Assembly: GCA_047495785.1 (NCBI GenBank)
Contig: JBLDXI010000032.1
Coordinates: 2,418,001 to 2,482,000, forward strand
Direction: 5' to 3'
Length of the DNA stretch: 64,000 nt
Source of the DNA: Lepidodermella squamata
Lineage: Eukaryota > Animalia > Gastrotricha
In this document: one piece after another, positions 12,930-24,383 of the stretch
Layout of the letters: every line of letters starts with the position of its first letter
Numbering within the stretch: position 1 is the first letter of the stretch
Notes under the pieces: model-generated
What the model saw: only the letters and a program-made list of their open reading frames with translations
What the model was told of the DNA's origin: nothing
The model's database searches: none
Program-made: the position numbers and the translations under genes

Positions 12930-15347
12930 TTAATTTGCGCCGTGATGTTTTTGTGATTGATGGATGGTGAAGTGCAGCGGTTCTTCGAATATTGCCAAGA
13001 AGAAAATAACCGCAAATCCACAGAAAATTCCGACTTGCTGAAACATGAGATGCTTCCAAAAGTGTGATCGAATATGCAACAGCTCAGGCAACTAAAAACC
13101 GAAGCAATAGAGAACTTAAACATGAAAGATAAATCAAAACTTACGAACTCACATAGGGCATGGTGCAAGAAAACCCCGGCGATAAAAATATAGACCCATT
13201 GCCGAGCATAGTCATCCGTCGATACGCCGAGACCAATAAAAAGTCCAACGAAGGAAAGAAACGACTGGCAAAAGTGCCAAGTCAGCGCGCCTCGCCATGA
13301 CACACCAGTTGTCATTAGAGCTGCAAAGTCTCCCATTTCGAAAGGGATTTCTTGGAAGAACTAATTAAAAAATCAGGGATCAGACAGGGGATCGATGATC
13401 AATTCATACCACGGCGAAGGAACTAGAGAGTCCGCTAAGCAAGCTGGTAGAAAAAGCAGTTCCTATAGATGAGACACTTGCTGATTTATTCGACGACAAT
13501 TGAAGATGAAATTTACCAAGGGCGATACCGTCCAATATCTATAGAAAATCGATGGAATAGAAATCATTTGGGTGAAAATCCACAAGATTTACGCTATGAG
13601 CAGACTCTGTTATGATGATGACCCAGCCGAATTGCTTCTTTGGCTTCATTTCTTATTTCAGGCAGTCGGATAATGAAATTGTATTTGGAAAATGAAAGAT
13701 CCGAAAAGCATACCTTCGCCGAATGCTTTCGCATGGCTCCAACAACCTTTAGCAAAGACGGTAAATATCTACACTGAGCTAATAAGTCTCATATACCTTG
13801 GACTCGTTCGCTTTCCAAGAATACAGAAAATCGGCTCTTTCTACGGCCAGTGATTTCAGCCGCTTCGACTTTGATTGCATCTGTCGACATATTTTCGCTC
13901 TTCGTAACATCACCCGCAGCATCAGGCATGTGTTCTTGAATGTCATTTTCCTCAAGGGGAAGATATTTATAGGGATTCGACGTTAGCTAATTTTCCATTC
14001 CCTACTTCAATCGACTCCAACTGAGAATGCATTGACGGGGTATGATCCGCAATAAAGCTGCCTTCATGATGGTGATCCCCGATGACAAAGGTCACCGGGC
14101 TTGCTTTCTCCTGTCAGGTGAGAAAATTCCTTACCGGATGATGAAATAATCCGACACAAACCTCCATTTTAGCTGCGTATTGTGCAACGTGACCCATCGA
14201 GATACTGATACTACGTCTCATATCTCTGCTGTTGATACCGATCGGCGCAGGACGATCCAACCATGTGTCTTTCCTCTCAACGGTTACAGTCGCTTTTTTG
14301 TCCAGGAACATGTTGTTCAGTGAAAAAACTTTGCTCAGCCTGCGGTCGCCGTAGCTCCGACCAGGTATGTAGATTTGATTCCCTTCCTCAACTTCTTCGC
14401 CGCCTTTTTCTTGAGTAGCGTTGTTTATGTGCTCCCTTGTTCCAACAATCATCTCAAGCCTGTTCGAATTGCCAAAATTAAGCATAGCTTTAAGAGCAAA
14501 TAAGAGCTCTTAACAAGTAGAGGATGTAGATCGGCAGAACTAAAACGACTTGCTTCATAACTTCGTTGCTTACGTGAACCGTTCCGGATTTCGGGACTTT
14601 CTTCAAGCTTTTCAGTCCCAGCGCCTAAAAAATGTGATATGTTATAGATAACAGTGAAGCAACGAAATGGCTTACCTTAGGAATGACATGCAAAGCAACA
14701 TCGCAGACGAGAGTTGACATGGCTAGAGCTCTTTTTCGAAATACACCATTTTTAGCAGTTGCAAAAGTTATACAGTAGCTTACATAAGGGTCATCATCAC
14801 GAAGGGGTACTTTGGGCTATCAGGCTTTGGTATAATGAAGAACAAGCCAACAGGTACAAGGCTGATTACTGATACTGCTAGAACTCCATAGCCGTATCGT
14901 TCTGATAGCGTTTCAAACACTTTTGTATCCATGAATTCTTCATTCTGGTCCACTGCTAAAATGTCGCTGCAAAGGTCGTAATTTGTTACAACAGGTAGCA
15001 AGTTGTGGCCTGAGAGTGCTGGGCACAATCTGGATAAATTTTGAATTGCAACGCGGGCGTTTTCATCCACGTCGAACGTATCAATGATCGCCATGGCTTG
15101 GCGGCAATGCTGGGAAATTCAAGAAATAGAATTTTTGTTGCTACTAAACGCTAACTCATACTGTCTCGTTGATCGATCGGTTGGTTTCAGGTTCTGAAAA
15201 ATACTATCATTTATTACCGTGACAAAATGATAACAGTACTGAAAAACCAGCTAATGATGTATTTCCAGCCACTCCCAGCTCTGTAAGAACCAGTTCAAGA
15301 TAGATAAGGACGCTTATGACATTCGAAGTCAAATGCGAGTCTGCCAT
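12930..15347 (-). CDS. ZIP/SLC39 (LIV-1-type) metal transporter-like, paralog B, degenerate metal motif
   Basis: Ectodomain LCPAL motif; ERYGYGVLAVSVI; TM4 ESAHS|ILDGIALG; TM5 FFQEIPFEMGDF; TM7 GVFLHHALCEF|LPELL. C-terminal exon layout is shared with paralog A. Confidence 0.88.
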
Positions 15348-17520
15348 ATAGCGACAGGTAAACTATATTGGAGGAAAAAAGACCGTCACAACTTTCTATT
15401 GTAGATCACAGAATCATGTAGGTAGTAATTGCATTTTTAGCATATAATTCGTCATTGATACCATCAAAGACTTGAGGCTTAATTCATAAAATTATCAAAA
15501 GAATGGTTCATTCAAAACTCTACACTATTCAGTTTGCCATGATGAGTTCGTTCATAGTTCGAAATACTGAGCAATACAATAGTACAACCTAATGAAAAAT
15601 GCCAAGGACTGTTACCTGGTGTGGAAAACAACAAAGTGCCTTGTGTTTTTGTAGCCAATTACCACTATAAAGGAGGCGTATACCAGCACATATCTCTCTA
15701 ATTGGTGCGAATTACGTGTTGCTGCTACAGTGAGGCATCATAAACGTGTTTTTCGGTTAGTTTTGCCTGAGCATTCTGGTGATGATCTTTGAAATCGAGT
15801 ATAAGTAACCTTTGGAATGAAGCTGGAACTTAGCTGGAACATGGCACGATCAAATTGAAGCTTATGTTCATATCTCCCCATCCTGATTCGTCACCTCTTT
15901 TCTCTTCTTAGGGGACAATTCTTCATGTATCCAGCGTGTCTTCATGTCTCCAAGTGAATTGATATTTTTCCGGTGATGGTCGTCATTTACACAAAAGCTA
16001 AAAAAAGAAGCAGGGTGAAGGTTTGTCTACCAGACACAAAAAACGCAATGACCGGACGCGGCGGCTATTCAGCCCCCGTCTTTTATCAAGATTCGGACAA
16101 TTCAGCACTTTTCTAAAAAGCACAATAGGTGTGTCCAGCTTAGTGTCGTCTGAACGTTCAGAAAACGACGACGTTCTTTGTACCGTGTAACTCAATCTGC
16201 TTACCGGCAATTTTGCGTACACAAGAGCTTGGCACAGGCCGGGTCCAATTGTTCTATTTGAAACATCATATGAGCTAATTATATTTTGCCTGAATCATCA
16301 GCCTTCAGTGCACTTGACAGATGCAGTGTGTCTCAAGTCTAGCATAAGCATACCAAGATTTTTTTCAGATTTATTATCCTCTGAGTTCTAGAACGCCTGT
16401 TACTGTCCTTAACGAAGGATATTTTCACGATAATTTTTTAATAGGTGAGGGTCTGCCAATTACGCGGTGTGGTTTCACATTTTTAAGGCATGCTCATGTC
16501 CTCATCATAAGCCGCCGTAGCCGCAGATGTGAAAATGTGTTCCTACGGCAAACACGCAACAAAATTATTTTCAAACAACAAGATCGTAATAATATTTTGC
16601 CATTTTTTCTCACATAATTTAAGGTGCGCGTGAAATTCATAGTCTCGCGTGCGCTCTGCTGAGATGTCTCCGCAGCGCGGCACGTGGAACTATTTAGCGC
16701 AAGTCCATTTTTATCACTCATCTCTCTCGGTATTATTCAAAAGTGTCAGCAATAAATAGGACTAATTTATACCCAAATCCGCGGTTATGTTTTTGTTTAT
16801 TTGTTCACCTGTGTGCGCCGTTTTGCCGTCTCGCCATCCGCCTTAGAGCGGCTTACCTCTCGAAAGGGACACATATTAAAGTGAGTCGCGGAGTACGGAT
16901 TGGAAATTATAATAATATTAGCACGACGTATGAGACGATGATTCCCCAGTTTTTGCGCATTACTTGCATATGTTTTTATTGTTCCTCCAATGACTATTTA
17001 CATGTGTGTTTTCATCATCAGAGCCGCCGCCGTCACCGCGCGCGACAGAAAAGATGCCGGAACATGCACCGCTGTTTGTTATTTGTTGCGTGTACGAACG
17101 AGTGAGCGCGCCAGCAGAGAAAAATGCCCATGGCAGTCGCACAACTGCCTGCGTTTATGTGTGTGCGTATGTCACCCTCCTTTTGACCCAAAGGCGCGCG
17201 CGCACATGCCTATAGTGTATTTTTTACGCGCGTCTCCGGAAAACACGCGCTCGACGGCTAAAACATAATTACATGCGACGACTTGGGTTATTTCAGCTAA
17301 GCTGCGGAAATGGCTTGAATCGCAATAATGTTTAACGTAAATGTGCAAAAATGAGTTAATAATAGCAATAATAATAATATTATACTTTGAAACTATCCCA
17401 CTTTCCAGACCTAATTCATCTTATATACCGCTGCTTTATTGTAGCGACATTTGATCTCACCTGCCATTATAATGACTCATTCTAACTTTCCGAACTTCTA
17501 GGTTGCCTTACGCCACAAGA

Positions 17521-18221
17521 ATGGATTTAAGGGAGATAGTTGCGATTTCTGCGTTATTTGTTGTATTCATCATCTCGCAAGTCGAATCCCAGGCCTGCCC
17601 ATCATCATGCCCGACAGTTAAATCAGCATCCGCGTGCCAGACCGCGGCAAATCGCAATAAAACTTCGACTTGCGGAACGTGCCGGGAATCCGGGTGCTTG
17701 CGGGCGATTGCTTACTATTGCAGTGCAGATGGCCGTCTGGACTCTAACTGCACCTCTGATGCAGATCTTGGCGCTTTCCGCAATGTCTCGACTTGCTGGA
17801 CTTGGATTCAAAGCCAGGTACGACACCTATTGAACTCAGCCTAAAATATGAATAATGCCGGTCATTTTTTTAGTGCGCTTCTGCTCGCGTGAATCAAACT
17901 TTGAATTCGGTTAACGTTACTTCGACCTCGAGTACTTCAGCGGCAACTACGACAACAACTGCCGCACCGGCAGCTTCAGCATCCACGGCAGCTACAACAG
18001 TAGCTTCTGTGGCTCAGCAGACCACAACGACTGCGGTTAATAAGACAGCGGATAGTGCAACTACGGCCCAGGCGAGAAATTTAGCACCAAATGCGAACTC
18101 TTCGGCCACAACCGCAAAGCCGCGGACTGTTACTGAAGCTTCGAAGAGTTCCGGTGCTGAATTCGTCCCAACCCTATTCCTCAGTGCCCTCGTCCCAGCC
18201 CTCAGTTTTCTGCGAGTGTAA
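17521..18221 (+). CDS. Predicted GPI-anchored protein: one 10-Cys module + Thr/Ala/Ser mucin stalk
   Basis: Signal peptide; YYCSADGRLDSNC...CWTWIQSQ|C matches the module of 7445-9584, with the same intron position (~17818-17873); T/A/S-rich stalk; C-terminal SSG + hydrophobic tail (AEFVPTLFLSALVPALSFLRV). Confidence 0.82.
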
Positions 18222-18696
18222 ATCAAGGAAAGATGCTTGTAGAGTTTTAGATTAATTAAGTATGCTGGTGTCGAAATTTGCTGCAAACAATGATCAGTTC
18301 TATTCTAGAAATTACTCTTCGACCTTTTCTTGTTTGAAGACAAGCCATTTTTTCGAAAATTTCATACTCAGTCGTTCCCCAGCTAGATGGTTAAAATATT
18401 CCTAATATTTCTGCTTAGGGGCTTTAGGAAGCTGTTAAACAGCAGTGTTTTGAGATGATCGATTTTCGGGCTCTCGCATTCAACAAAATCTACGCCGCCT
18501 TAACCTGATTTACTTGTTACTTTTTTTCTAGAGTATAGTATCATTCTGTGTACTATATCTTACCGCAACTGTTATTATTATTATTATTTTAATTGATTCG
18601 ACAAACAAGTTATATTAATTATTTGGATTTATTGTTTCTACGTCACTTCAGAAGAAAATTAAATGGATGGAAATGACCATTTTGCGATCCGTTATT

Positions 18697-19665
18697 TTAG
18701 TCGAACTCGGGCGCCTTGCAAACCTGTGGGAATATTTATCTCAGTATATTTTTCTCCGAAAAATGATTTAGATGAACTCACCTGACCGCAACCGTGGGGG
18801 CAGCACAGGCTGTCGCCGTCGCAGTGCTCATGCGAAGCGCATGTCATAACGCAAGGGCCGAAAGTCGGGGCCTTCGGGCAGTGGCCAGATTCTAGTTTCA
18901 TAAAAAAAAAACGATCGAATTTTCAGAAAAATTCACATTTTTACGGCTACTCACTCAATGGGAGAACGCCAGTTTTGCAAGTCTTGCCGCATCCGTTGCT
19001 GTTAAAATGAAGTCAACTCTGAAATGGTTCTGGACTAATTTAAGTCGAATTTCTTACCCGCAGCACTTCTTGTTACCGTTGCTGATGAAAAGCGGCTGAC
19101 CGCCGTTGCAATCATCGTCGGTTTCGCACTCGTTGACGCAAATGCCAACGGTTTCAGACAGGTCAGCCTTCGGGCATGAGTACCTGGTGGGGAAGTCACG
19201 CTTGCCAATGGTCGACTCGTCAACGGTGGGCTTAACGGGGTCGGTGCACTGGTGACCGCAGCCGTTGCTATGGAACAAAGACGTCAGCAAAAAATATATC
19301 GAAATAAAGGGTAAATTTTACCTGCAGCAAAGTTGTCCCTTAGCTTCGCAGTTGTTGCACATCTCAGCGCAGAGTCCGAATTGATGAGAACTTGGCTTGG
19401 GGCAGACACCGTAGACGGCAGGCTTGACCTCGGCCATCGCAATCGATTCGTGCTCAGGCACACCGCATTGAACTCGCTTGTTGTTGACGTAGTAGAAAGC
19501 ATGGCATCCGCCGCAGTAGTTGGAGCGGCATTCAGCATCAGGGAAGCCAGGGCAGCCCTTAGACACTGAGCATGGATCAACGAAGCAGTTGACAATATTG
19601 GAACACGGCCTTTCAAGACTAGCCGAGGCTGAAGCAACAAAAAGGGCGGCGACAATGAACAGCAT
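18697..19665 (-). CDS. Secreted CFVDPC/NYCGGC module + three WAP (four-disulfide core) domains
   Basis: Signal peptide; CFVDPC...CRSNYCGGC; three CP...C...C...CCxxGCGxxC units over 5 exons; ends VCKAPEFD*. Confidence 0.88.
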
Positions 19666-20063
19666 TTTATATTTTAGATGAAGAAATATTCAACGTGCTA
19701 GATATTTGCGCTGAGGCGTATTTATACCCTGTTTGGAACTTGCGACTTTGTACCTGGTGAGATAAGACTGGAAAAATAGTTTCAAAAAGCAGGCATGAGA
19801 AACCACCTGTTTACCTCGATCGAAAAAAAATGGTCTGAACTAGGGCGCAATTCCATAAATAACGTAATTAATTTGCGATAAGCCGAAAATTGCTAAATAA
19901 TAGCCTCACGTTATAAGCAGGTTACACCTTCGAATGGTCTCGAATATTCAAATTACTGGACAGATAAACAGTCGCATTCAATAACATTTTATTCCAGTAA
20001 AATATTAATTATCCATTACCCAATTATTCGTAATAGAGTTGGGAAAAGTTCTCACAATGTTGA

Positions 20064-20671
20064 TCATTGAGCCGCCTGGTTTACAGATCGGTACGGGCGA
20101 CCCGGAGTTCGGCCTACATAGAAAATTAAATGATTAATTAGGGATTTGAAATTCAAAATGAGAAAGGTCCTACATTCATGGCCACAGCCATTTGAGCAGC
20201 AGATTTGTTGTCCAGGGCAGTCGTAATGGTTTCGACATCTCTCGATACATGGGCCGAAGAAGTTAGGAGGGACAATCGGGCAGGTGCCGAATTTGTTGCA
20301 TCTCCCAGTGGGAATACCAAACTGGTCGAGATAAACCGGATAACAGCCACCGCAGGAATTGGGCACGCATCGGAAAGCGAACGCTAGAAAATTAAGAGGA
20401 AATTTATGAGTAAACTAAAAAATGGATTCGCGAAGGTGAACTTACGGCATGGCGGCAGTGACAGACATGGATCGACAAAGCATTGAACGAAAGGAATTCC
20501 AGGCGCACAAGGCCCTTGATTGCCCAATCCGAATGGTGGGGGGCGATTACCGCCGAAGGGCGGCAGGCCAATTGGTGGAAAGGCACCACCACCAAACGGT
20601 GTTATTACCCCAGGCTGAGCATTAGCACCGAAAATACAATAGATCAGAGAAGCTGTGATGAAAAGACTCAT
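20064..20671 (-). CDS. Secreted Pro/Gly/Phe-rich head + CFVDPC module + WAP domain
   Basis: Signal peptide then QPGVITPFGGGAFPPIGLPPFGG; CFVDPC; CIERCRNHYDCPGQQICCSNGCGHEC; 3 exons. Confidence 0.88.
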
Positions 20672-21054
20672 GTTCGCGCAATTTTGCTTAAAATCTGTTG
20701 ACTGAAAAAAAACAAATTCAGTTTGTAATGATTGAAAATTTCATCCAGGGAACTCCATTTTTTGCTAATTTAATCTAATTTCGAATTCCGATTGCCGCGC
20801 ATCTGAATATAATTAATTGGCAATCCAGCCAGCTATTCAAGGAAAATAAATTAATCGAAATTATTGGAAATTAATCTCTATCTGAATGAGAAATGTTTTT
20901 TGAGTTTTCAGTTGACGACAAATGAGGCATTATAGTTTGGAAAAATAACCAATTTTATTTCATCATAAATCGAAGAATGCAAAATAACCAGCCATTTCTC
21001 TTTGATTTAAGTTATTTGTTCAATTTTTGAAGTTTTTCGAAGCAATTTCAGCGC

Positions 21055-21800
21055 CTAGTCAGTCACAGCATTCACCGAGCGGTAAGGGCGATTTGGGTTA
21101 CGGCCTGAAATTAAAAATATAATAAAACGATAAAATTTCAAACGCCTAAGAAAAATAAAATACAATCGTGACCGCAGCCGTTCGAGCAGCAAATTTGTTG
21201 ACCAGGACAGTCCCAGTGGTATCGGCATCGCTCGATGCAAATTCCGTAGACGCCAGGACGCACGACGGGGCAAGTGCCAAACTTGTTGCATCGACCAACC
21301 TGCATACCGTACCTGTCATACCAGACAGGGTAGCAGCCTCCGCAGTAGTTGGGCTCGCATCGGTAGGCGTAAGCTGAATGAAATTAAAAGATGAAGTCAG
21401 TCAGTGAAGTCAGTAAATAATCGATTGAATTACGGCAAGGCGGTGCTACGGTACAAGGGTTCACAAAACAGTTAACCAACGGAATACCCGGTGGGCATAC
21501 TCCGCCTCCTACACCACCGCCTGGCGGGCGACCGGGCGGACGACCTCCCGGCGGTCTACCCCCACCTGGGTACCCCGGCGGTCTACCCCCACCTGGGTAC
21601 CCCGGCGGTCTACCCCCACCTGGGTACCCCGGCGGTCTACCTCCACCTGGGTACCCCGGGGGTCGGCCTCCAACTGGCGGACGTTCGCCACTTCCACTTC
21701 CATATGGCGGCCTACCAGGAGGCCTTCGCCCACCGGGCTGGGCAAACGCATCATGAAGGCCCAAGAGCAGTATAACAACTGATGATATCATAAGTTTCAT
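21055..21800 (-). CDS. Secreted Gly/Pro/Arg-repeat head + CFVNPC module + WAP domain (crustin-like layout)
   Basis: Signal peptide; (PPGYPGGGR) repeats; CFVNPC; CIERCRYHWDCPGQQICCSNGCGHDC; 3 exons. Closest paralog of 20064-20671. Confidence 0.88.
21547..21654. repeat. Coding minisatellite, 4 x 27 bp
   Basis: Unit CCCGGCGGTCTACCCCCACCTGGGTAC; three perfect copies and one with a single substitution; encodes PPGYPGGGR on the minus strand. Confidence 0.95.
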
Positions 21801-22072
21801 CTTGAATTTTTGATAGCAGACTAGATTCTTGATAATTTAGCATCAAATTTCGCGTTTTAAGTAGACCAGAGGCCCTTGCTGAGTTGTAAATTCCTCAGTA
21901 TATCGGGGTCGAAGTTTATTATGGCACAATGTTTAATTGGCTTCAAATTAAACTGCGCCATTAAAATAACGAGTCGCTTTTATTGAAAATAGCCGGAAAT
22001 TACAAAGCAGTCAAAAATGCCATGTTGAATAATTGAATGAAAATTTAAGGTTAAAAATGCAGTGGATGGCTG

Positions 22073-22624
22073 TTAGCTTTCCTCCGCGTTAAGTCCGATG
22101 AGAGGGAACAAATCGCGGACTGGTATTTTGCCTGTTTCGAAACGGAGCTAATGAACAATTTAAAGAAGCATCAAGCAATCGTCTTACATTCCCGGCCGCA
22201 TCCGTTCGAACAGCACTTTTGTCGACCTGGGCACTCTAAATCGGAGTCACATTTGTTGATGCATATGCCGGCTTGTCCTTCTTCCAACCCAGGGCACTTG
22301 CCGAATTTGGAGCACTGCGGCAAGAAGTTACCATGCTTTGAAAAGTACAAGGCGTGGCAACCTCCGCAGTAATACGGAATGCATTTAGCTGCAAGAGCTG
22401 GACAAAATAATAAAAATGGAATTTATATCAAATCAAGTGCGATACGACTTACGACACTTGGTCTCCATTGAATCGCACGGGTTAACAAAACATTGGACAG
22501 GTGGAAATCCACGAGGACATCGATTCGACGACGAAAATCCTGCCGCTGAAACGTCAGGATCCACCTCGGCAAACGCGCAAGTTATCGCGCTTGACAAACC
22601 AAGAATGGCGAAAATTGTAAGCAT
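22073..22624 (-). CDS. Secreted CFVNPC module + single WAP domain
   Basis: Signal peptide; CPRGFPPVQCFVNPC; YYCGGC; CINKCDSDLECPGRQKCCSNGCGREC; same intron positions as the two neighbouring paralogs. Confidence 0.88.
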
Positions 22625-23074
22625 TTTTTAATTAAAACAACCGAAATTGGCGCAGTTTTAGGATGATGCTAAAATTACTACGTCCATGACTTTAAATAGA
22701 ATTCGAAGTCATCAAAGTTTCTGCGTCTTTGAACACCTTGAATTACAATGCAACCTCGAACCGAACTCAAACCTAGAGATTAACATTTTTCGCGAACTTG
22801 AACTCTCAGGTGTTTTATCCTAGGCCTCGAGAAAGCAATTACAAAAGATATACAGATATGATGTATGAGATTTGTTATGAGATATACAAAAGGTACATTG
22901 AATGCATCCTCAATTCATTATTTATTCAAGCCGAAAAAATAATGTTTTGAGTACACGTGGTCTGCTCTATAAAGATGCCATAATATAAAACACGAACATC
23001 AGAACGACGTACATAAGGTCTACAGCAATCCACCTAAAATGTTTGACATTTTTTGGAAAGGAATCGCGCACAAT

Positions 23075-23936
23075 TTATCGCCGCTGTTGTTGGAAAAATC
23101 GCCCGCCGTTGAACGGCGCCAATGTCACTGGAACGAACTGGTCACCTCGTCCAGCCGCGTTGACGCCTGCCGGCAATTTACAATTACTAGCGCATGCCGC
23201 TTGCGTGTCGAAAGCATTTGACGTCAAATAGTTGCCGTTGACGAATTTACAGTCCGCAAATCGCTCGCATGCGAAGTTGACGCACCGATAGCGAATAGGC
23301 TGCGACTGGCAGAAGGAGGCTGGGCTTAGGTTTTGCGGCAAACTCGGGCTGCCAGAATCTACGACGCAAACTGGCAAGAAAGACCATTGACTGTTCTCAC
23401 ATACAACCTAAAATTATCATCAACTAGAGGATTCTTCCTCCTTAATAATATGAAAATACCTGGCTATTTCCAACCATTTTGAAGCCGTCGTTGCATGCGA
23501 ACTCGTAAGTCACCTTCTGATCCTGTTGTTGCTGTTGCTGCTGTTGCATCGGTTGGCCGAAGAAGTTGAAGAAATTGTTGTTATTCATGTTGTTGTTAAC
23601 ATTATTGTTAGTGTTAGTGTTCGATGAACTTTTCAAATATGCGTTCAGAATTCGGGGCGCAGTTTGGCAGCTAGTGTCGGTGGTTCCCTGAGGAGCTACC
23701 TGAGGAGCAGCCTGAGGAGCTGGGGCAGGTTGCGGCGGTTGTACCTGCTGAGGTTGCTGCTGCTGTTGTTGAGGTTGCTGCTGCTGCTGAGGTTGCTGTT
23801 GGAATAAATTTCCAACAAACGGAATCGTCTGAGGCATCTGAGGCATGAATTGGCTCCAAAAATCGTTCTGCCCAAGCGCTGTCTCAAGTAACCCCAATAG
23901 GAGAAGTGCTTTTTTAAGGCTGATTAGAAGATGCAT
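23075..23936 (-). CDS. Secreted Q/N-rich protein with a Sushi/CCP domain and a Kunitz-like domain
   Basis: Signal peptide; polyQ/Pro tract; CQTAPRILNA...YEFACNDGFKMVGNSQ|VVCENSQWSFLPVC (CCP); then RYRCVNFACERFADC...NAFDTQAACASNC (Kunitz-like); one intron at ~23408-23459. Confidence 0.75.
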
Positions 23937-24383
23937 CGCAGTTTTCAGGTTTAATTTTTTAAGCTAAAATGTGAATGAGCTTTTTTTGTGAGTAGACTGC
24001 TCGGAAAAAGCGCATCGCATTGTTTCAAAGGTGCTTTGTTTAAGGTGATATTTTTGCTAGAACAAGTGTAAAACATGCTCAAGGCAATAAACCGTCCATG
24101 CGGCTATACAAGCGGCTAAACGCATCTACTCATTAGATCTTGTAATAATTCACGACAGCTCTTGAAGATTTGCGGTTTCCTCCATCACCTTTTTCGTAGC
24201 TATTGTGATGACAATAGACTATTGAAGTAGCACAATAGACACTAGCAGGAATCTCGTAAGCAAGGAAATGCTTGTAAGTATGTTTTGTACTCATAAAAGA
24301 AGTATTTCGTTTTTTATTTCGAATTTCGAGAACAAATAATGTGAGCAATACTGATTTATATTGTAGAATTACAGCGGAACATA

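Noticed and set aside
15998-17300. Short ORFs and CGCG-rich patches between ZIP paralog B and the GPI gene
   Set aside because: No coherent protein, splice pattern or repeat structure; probably regulatory, but I cannot support that.
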